From: an uncultured Chloroflexia bacterium
Lineage (GTDB): Bacteria; Chloroflexota; Anaerolineae; Anaerolineales; Villigracilaceae
Length of the DNA: 64,000 bases
Assembly: GCA_963828815.1 (NCBI GenBank)
Contig: CAWHGD010000002.1
Location: 158,125-222,124 of the forward strand
Direction of reading: 5' to 3'
Part shown: one piece after another, positions 59,687-64,000 of the stretch
How positions within the stretch are numbered: the stretch's first letter is position 1
Layout of the letters: each line of letters begins with the position of its first letter
Position numbers and translations under genes: made by a program
Notes under the pieces: generated by a model
Databases searched by the model: none
What the model was told of the DNA's origin: nothing
What the model saw: only the letters and a program-made list of their open reading frames with translations

Positions 59687-59965
59687 TTGAATACCGGAAA
59701 CCGGCGAGATTTGCACATGCCAGACAACACGAATATTGTAGAACCCCATGGGTGCATCGTCTGCGGAAAGATCTACAACCTGCTGGTGATCCATTCGCCT
59801 TCAGGCAGGATGGTGGCATGCAGCGTGATCAGCCACGGCGGGCAACTGGTACCCGATGAGGCCCGCCCTCTGGTGGCATGCAACCGGCACAGCGCAAAGG
59901 AGATCGAGACTGCAGTGGAGCGGCATTACCCCGGCAGGGAAGGACCGGAAGACAGCGAGGATTGA
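59687..59965 (+). CDS. Hypothetical small Cys-containing protein
   Basis: 92-aa ORF (ATG 59717 MPDNTNIVEPHGCIVCGK... is possible). It has CxxC plus two further Cys and an acidic C-terminus. No family recognised. Confidence 0.3.
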   Translation: MNTGNRRDLHMPDNTNIVEPHGCIVCGKIYNLLVIHSPSGRMVACSVISHGGQLVPDEARPLVACNRHSAKEIETAVERHYPGREGPEDSED

Positions 59966-60108
59966 ACTCATCAGAATATCCTCCTGGATTATTCTTACCA
60001 TTTTTAGGATCCTGCCTTACTGATAATAGTCTTCTGACCAGAATATTTATCCCGTACGGTATAATTGCCCCGTTTCGCCCAACCTGATGACTTGCTCTTA
60101 AATAAACC

Positions 60109-61638
60109 ATGCCTTCCCCCCTTGTCGAATGCATCCCCAATTTTTCCGAAGCCCGCCGGTCTGAAGTGGTCGAAGCCATCGTCTCCGCCATCACTTCAGC
60201 CGGGGTGACCGTGCTCGACCGCCACTCGGATATCGACCATAATCGCACGGTGGTCACCTTCCTGGGCTCGCCCAAGGAAGTTGAGGAAGCAGCCTTCCAG
60301 GGGATACGCAAGGCGGCTGAACTGATCAACCTGGATCTGCATACCGGCTCCCACCCGCGCATAGGCGCGACGGATGTCGTTCCGTTCGTGCCGATCTCCG
60401 GTGTCAGCATGGACGACTGCATCCTCATCGCCCGACGCCTGGGTGAACGTGTCGGGCGCGAATTGAACCTCCCCATCTACCTGTACGAGGCAGCCGCCTT
60501 GCAGCCTGAACGGGTGAACCTGGAAAATATCCGCCGCGGGCAGTACGAGGGGCTCAAGGCTGAGATCGAAACCCACCCGGAGCGAAAACCCGACTTTGGC
60601 CCTGCCCGCCTCGGTCCTGCAGGCGCCACGGTCATCGGCGCCCGCCACCCGCTGATAGCCTTTAACGTGTACCTGGCATCCGATGACCTGACCATCGCCA
60701 AGGCGATTGCAAAAACTGTCCGCCAGTCTTCCGGCGGTCTGGCAAGCGTCAAGGCTCTCGGGATGCTCGTTGAAGGGCTGGCACAGGTATCCATGAACCT
60801 GACCAATTTCCGTCAGACATCCATCCAGGCAGCAGTCGAGGCAGTCCGCAGCGAAGCGGCGCGCCACGAGGTTGGGATCCATCATTGCGAACTGGTGGGT
60901 CTCGTTCCCCAGGAGGCGCTCACCGAGACTGCCGTCCGTTACCTGCAATTGGATGGTTTCAAGACTGACCAGGTGCTCGAAGCGCACTTATTTGGCCTCC
61001 CGGGAACTGACTCCACGGGCTCCACTTTTCTCGATGACCTTGCCGCAGCCACACCCACTCCGGGTGGCGGCAGCGCTGCCGCCCACGCCGGGGCGATGGG
61101 AGCTGCCCTGGTTGCCATGGTGGCCCGGCTGACGATCGGAAAGAAAAAGTTCCTGGCGGTCGAAGCGCAAATGAATGAGATCCTGAAACAGTCGGAGCGC
61201 CTGCGCGGCGAACTGACCGAGGCCGTGGACGAGGATGCCGCTGCTTTCAAAGAGGTGATGGCTGCCTTCAAATTACCAAGAGAATCTTCCGGGCAGGAGA
61301 AAGTCCGCCTTGAAACCATCGAGAAGGCTACACTGCGTGCCGCACAGGTGCCGCTGGGCGTGGCCCAAAAATCTGTCAAGGTGATGGCGCTCGCTGAAAG
61401 GGCGGTGGCCCTCGGAAATCTCAATGCCATCAGCGATGGAGCCTCTGCTGCCGCCATGGCACAGGCGGCTCTTACTTCGGCTGGATATAATGTACGCATC
61501 AACCTGGCAGGGCTCACCGATAGGACTGCCGGTGATACACTCCTCAGCCAGCTGCATACTCTCGAAGGAAAGGCTGGAAAATTGGAGCAGAGCATCCGTA
61601 AATGCATCCAGGAGCGCGGAGGCTTCTCGCTGGCATGA
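60109..61638 (+). CDS. Bifunctional glutamate formimidoyltransferase / formimidoyltetrahydrofolate cyclodeaminase (FTCD-like)
   Basis: 509-aa ORF with an N-terminal LVECIPNFSEARR formiminotransferase start. The C-terminal cyclodeaminase helix bundle has TPTPGGGSAAAHAGAMGAALVAMV. Confidence 0.85.
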   Translation: MPSPLVECIPNFSEARRSEVVEAIVSAITSAGVTVLDRHSDIDHNRTVVTFLGSPKEVEEAAFQGIRKAAELINLDLHTGSHPRIGATDVVPFVPISGVSMDDCILIARRLGERVGRELNLPIYLYEAAALQPERVNLENIRRGQYEGLKAEIETHPERKPDFGPARLGPAGATVIGARHPLIAFNVYLASDDLTIAKAIAKTVRQSSGGLASVKALGMLVEGLAQVSMNLTNFRQTSIQAAVEAVRSEAARHEVGIHHCELVGLVPQEALTETAVRYLQLDGFKTDQVLEAHLFGLPGTDSTGSTFLDDLAAATPTPGGGSAAAHAGAMGAALVAMVARLTIGKKKFLAVEAQMNEILKQSERLRGELTEAVDEDAAAFKEVMAAFKLPRESSGQEKVRLETIEKATLRAAQVPLGVAQKSVKVMALAERAVALGNLNAISDGASAAAMAQAALTSAGYNVRINLAGLTDRTAGDTLLSQLHTLEGKAGKLEQSIRKCIQERGGFSLA

Positions 61639-62630
61639 AATCCTCCACTCCGCAGGTATTCCTTCTGTTGGCCGCCAGTTTGATCCTGGCGGCTTGTGGT
61701 TACGCCACCGAAGTCACTCCCGCGATCCATCCATCGGTCTCACCCAGTCCCCGGGTTGCCACCAGCTCCTCCACACCCACCAGTACAATCCCTCCCGCCC
61801 CCACGTTCACCCCCACGCTCATCCCCACGCTCATCCCCTGCGATCCATTGGCAGCGGATTTCTGTATCGAAACAGCCTATTTTTTCTTCCAGGTCCCCAT
61901 TCTTCCGCCGGGAATGGACAGGATCGATCGCGGTTATCCCTTTGCCAGCACTGCCGGAGGGACTTACATCCCGCATCACGGGGTGGAGTTCTACAACCCT
62001 TCCGGGACACCTGTCCGGGCGGCCGCAGATGGGTGGGTGGTTTACTCCGGGGATGATACGTCCACGAAATTCAGCCCCTGGTCTGGTTTTTACGGGAATA
62101 TTGTCGTCCTCGTTCACTATTTCCATTATGCACCCTACGAGAAACTCTATACGCTCTATGCACACCTTTCCAAACTGGATGTCAATATAGGCGAGCAGGT
62201 AACTGCCGGCCAGGTGATCGGTGAAGTGGGGCTTACCGGAACAGCCTCCGGCAGCCATCTCCATTTTGAAGTGCGCACAATAGCAAGCGGTTATGACTCC
62301 TGCCTCAACCCGGAACTGTGGCTGGTTCCCCATCCTGGCGACGGCAGCCTGGCCCTGCGCGCTGAAGACAGTGCCGGAGAGTTGATATTTCCATCCTACA
62401 ATGTTCAGTATTTCCAGGATCAGGATCAGCAGGCAGAAAGGTCTTACCAGGTGGATTCCTATGATCCGGGTATGGTCTTCCCGGGCGATCCCTGGCATGA
62501 GAATGCCGCCATCGGCGATCTGCCCGCCGGCAGGTATCGGGTGACCTTTGTCTGGGCCGGTGTGTTGCACGAGAGGTGGATCGAGATCCAACCGGGAATG
62601 TTGACCCGGGTGGTATTCCAGGTGAAATGA
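61635..62630 (+). CDS. M23-family metallopeptidase lipoprotein (classical M23B-type)
   Basis: ATG 61635 overlaps the FTCD stop (ATGA). It has lipobox LILAAC and a Pro/Thr linker with PTLIPTLIP. Also present are HHGVEF, YTLYAHLSKL and GTASGSHLHFEVR. Confidence 0.8.
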   Translation: MKSSTPQVFLLLAASLILAACGYATEVTPAIHPSVSPSPRVATSSSTPTSTIPPAPTFTPTLIPTLIPCDPLAADFCIETAYFFFQVPILPPGMDRIDRGYPFASTAGGTYIPHHGVEFYNPSGTPVRAAADGWVVYSGDDTSTKFSPWSGFYGNIVVLVHYFHYAPYEKLYTLYAHLSKLDVNIGEQVTAGQVIGEVGLTGTASGSHLHFEVRTIASGYDSCLNPELWLVPHPGDGSLALRAEDSAGELIFPSYNVQYFQDQDQQAERSYQVDSYDPGMVFPGDPWHENAAIGDLPAGRYRVTFVWAGVLHERWIEIQPGMLTRVVFQVK

Positions 62631-62634
62631 ATCC

Positions 62635-63270
62635 ATGCACAATGATCTTACCTATCGTTTGCGAATCTCCGAGCGTAAAATTCTGGATGGCCTGAACACG
62701 CCTTTCAGGATCCAAGCCTTCCTGGATACCGTCCATTACAGCGAGGACGAGTTCTACCGCTGCCCGATGCGCGTGCTGCGTGACCGGAAGGCGCACTGTT
62801 TTGACGGCGGCCTGTTTGCTACCATGGCATTGCGCCGCCTCGGTCACCCACCCTTGATCCTGGAACTCATCCCGAACGGGCGCGATGATGACCATATCCT
62901 GGCGCTCTTCAAGCAAAATGGGTACTGGGGAGCGGTGGCACAATCCAATTTCACCGGTCTGCGCTTTCGTGAACCTGTCTACCGGACCCTGCGTGAACTG
63001 GTCATGTCCTATTTTGAAGATTATTTCAATGCTGCCGGTGAGAAGACCCTCGCCGCTTACCGCGGACCGATCAACCTGAAGGTTTTCGACCGCCTGGATT
63101 GGATGTCCAGCGATGCGGGGCTGGAATCCCTTGCTTCAGCCATGGATCGCTACCGCATCCTGCCTTTGCTCACCAAAGAAATGTCTGCCAACCTCTCCCC
63201 GGTGGACGACCTCAGTCTACGGGCCGGGATGCTGGGAACAAACCAGGCCGGCCTGTTTAAAATTAAATAA
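62635..63270 (+). CDS. Transglutaminase-like / papain-fold (Cys-His-Asp) domain protein
   Basis: 211-aa ORF with candidate nucleophile context KAHCFDGGLF and a downstream DDDHILALF. The family assignment is tentative. Confidence 0.4.
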   Translation: MHNDLTYRLRISERKILDGLNTPFRIQAFLDTVHYSEDEFYRCPMRVLRDRKAHCFDGGLFATMALRRLGHPPLILELIPNGRDDDHILALFKQNGYWGAVAQSNFTGLRFREPVYRTLRELVMSYFEDYFNAAGEKTLAAYRGPINLKVFDRLDWMSSDAGLESLASAMDRYRILPLLTKEMSANLSPVDDLSLRAGMLGTNQAGLFKIK

Positions 63271-63350
63271 CCAGGCCTGCCTTCGCCCTGCACATCCTGG
63301 CTGGTAATAAATTTTACATTTCAACGAATTCACTCTCACATGGAATCAAA

Positions 63351-63380
63351 AAGCCACGGACAGGGGATTGTCCGTGGCTT
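63351..63380. terminator. 12-bp stem-loop AAGCCACGGACA / TGTCCGTGGCTT between convergent genes
   Basis: A perfect inverted repeat flanked by A-run/T-rich sequence on both sides. It lies between 62635..63270 (+) and 63398..64000 (-). Confidence 0.7.
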
Positions 63381-63397
63381 AATTCATTCACCGGTGG

Positions 63398-64000
63398 TCA
63401 GGCGTTCTTCATTTCATAAGCCTTCACATCTTCCACCGCCTTCTTTACGTTGACGAAGGGCAGCACGATCAAACCCATCACGAAGAAGAAGATCAGGGAA
63501 AGGATGGCAGGGCGCAGGTTACTAAAAACCTGGTTCATCAATCCGAACAGCAGCGGGCCGATCCAGGATGTGCCGCGCTCGCTGATCTCGTAAAAGGAAT
63601 AGTATTCAGCCTGCTTTCCGGATGGAATGATCTGGGCGTATAGGCTGCGGCTGATGGCTTGCGACCCGCCCATCACCAGGGCAATGAATGCCCCCATGAT
63701 AAAGAATTCCAGCACCCGGTTCTCGCTTTTCAGGCCAAAATAGGCATAGATCACCACGCCTGCCCAGATGACCAGGCTGACGATGATCGAGCGCTTGGCG
63801 CCCACCCAGCTGGCGAGTTTGCCCCACAACAGCGCCCCGAAGAACGCCATGAACTGGATCATCAGGATGACCACGATCAGCGTGGACTGCCCCATCCCCA
63901 CCCCGCCGCGCACCAGGGGCGCAGCGGCAAAAGTGGAAGAGACTGCGATCACTGTCTGGATGCCGTCATTGTAAAGGAAGTAAGCCAGCAGGTATTTTAA
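63398..64000 (-). CDS. MFS transporter (UMF1/Atg22-like), partial (N-terminus beyond the window edge)
   Basis: The minus-strand frame is open from 64000 (LKYLLAYFLYNDGIQTVIAVSSTF...) to the stop at 63398. The track lists only the internal GTG start at 63952. Confidence 0.7.
   Translation of the reverse strand, partial: LKYLLAYFLYNDGIQTVIAVSSTFAAAPLVRGGVGMGQSTLIVVILMIQFMAFFGALLWGKLASWVGAKRSIIVSLVIWAGVVIYAYFGLKSENRVLEFFIMGAFIALVMGGSQAISRSLYAQIIPSGKQAEYYSFYEISERGTSWIGPLLFGLMNQVFSNLRPAILSLIFFFVMGLIVLPFVNVKKAVEDVKAYEMKNA

Noticed and set aside
61811-61838. A tandem 12-nt duplication (ccacgctcatcc x2).
   Set aside because: It just encodes the PTLIPTLIP linker of the M23 lipoprotein. This is a trivial linker repeat and not a regulatory or mobile feature.
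60939-62642. Long antisense ORFs (60939..61730, 263 aa; 61740..62642, 300 aa). Similar cases are 23457..24125, 45490..46065, 28918..29433 and 60196..60987.
   Set aside because: Each is antisense to a gene with clear family motifs (FTCD, M23, FGE, toastrack, gcvPB). Each has Arg/Gly/Pro-rich low-complexity composition, as expected for the opposite strand of GC-rich coding DNA.

Overview
A 64-kb bacterial chromosomal segment. By eye it is mid/upper-50s %GC with a few AT-richer patches (nothing computed exactly). The taxon cannot be fixed from sequence. Split gcvPA/gcvPB, many lipoproteins with Pro/Thr linkers, LysM-M23 arrays and leaderless-looking regulator genes would fit a Chloroflexota/Terrabacteria-type genome, but that is a guess. 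I support about 67 protein-coding genes and see no rRNA, tRNA or CRISPR array.

Housekeeping blocks:
- trmH-like, moeA, and a serC(pseudo)-serA-DUF1015 group.
- rluA-like and crtI-crtB.
- A YqcC-like/gcvPA/gcvPB operon, an NAD-kinase-like gene and SDRs.
- An ada-like gene, msrPQ, an M20 peptidase and a TatD-like gene.
- An ECF sigma / ZAS anti-sigma / TlpA / OsmC group.
- A toastrack (LiaF-like) membrane cluster, a YfcC-type carrier, Usp and a nitroreductase.
- Three tandem LysM-M23 lipoproteins, a ROK kinase, FTCD, a fourth M23 and a partial MFS gene.

The most unusual part is 12.7-27.0 kb:
- It has three Crp/Fnr-family regulators.
- It has three promoters with the same FNR-class-II-like geometry (TTG-N8-CAA box centred about -41.5). 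Two of them share an identical 11-mer.
- It has two paralogous 8-site multihaem lipoproteins, each with a conserved CxxCK second site.
- It has an orphan CcmF/NrfE-type haem lyase.
- It has a pair of paralogous membrane proteins of unassigned family that bracket the island.
- It has a downstream operon (His-rich membrane protein, FGE-domain lipoprotein, haem O synthase-like gene) that is broken by frameshifts.

The window contains ten frameshifts in only four genes, and all ten are of the +1 (single-base-insertion) type.

At 36.5-39.0 kb an IS30-family element sits inside the end of a second rve-type IS. The composite is flanked by an 18-bp direct repeat.
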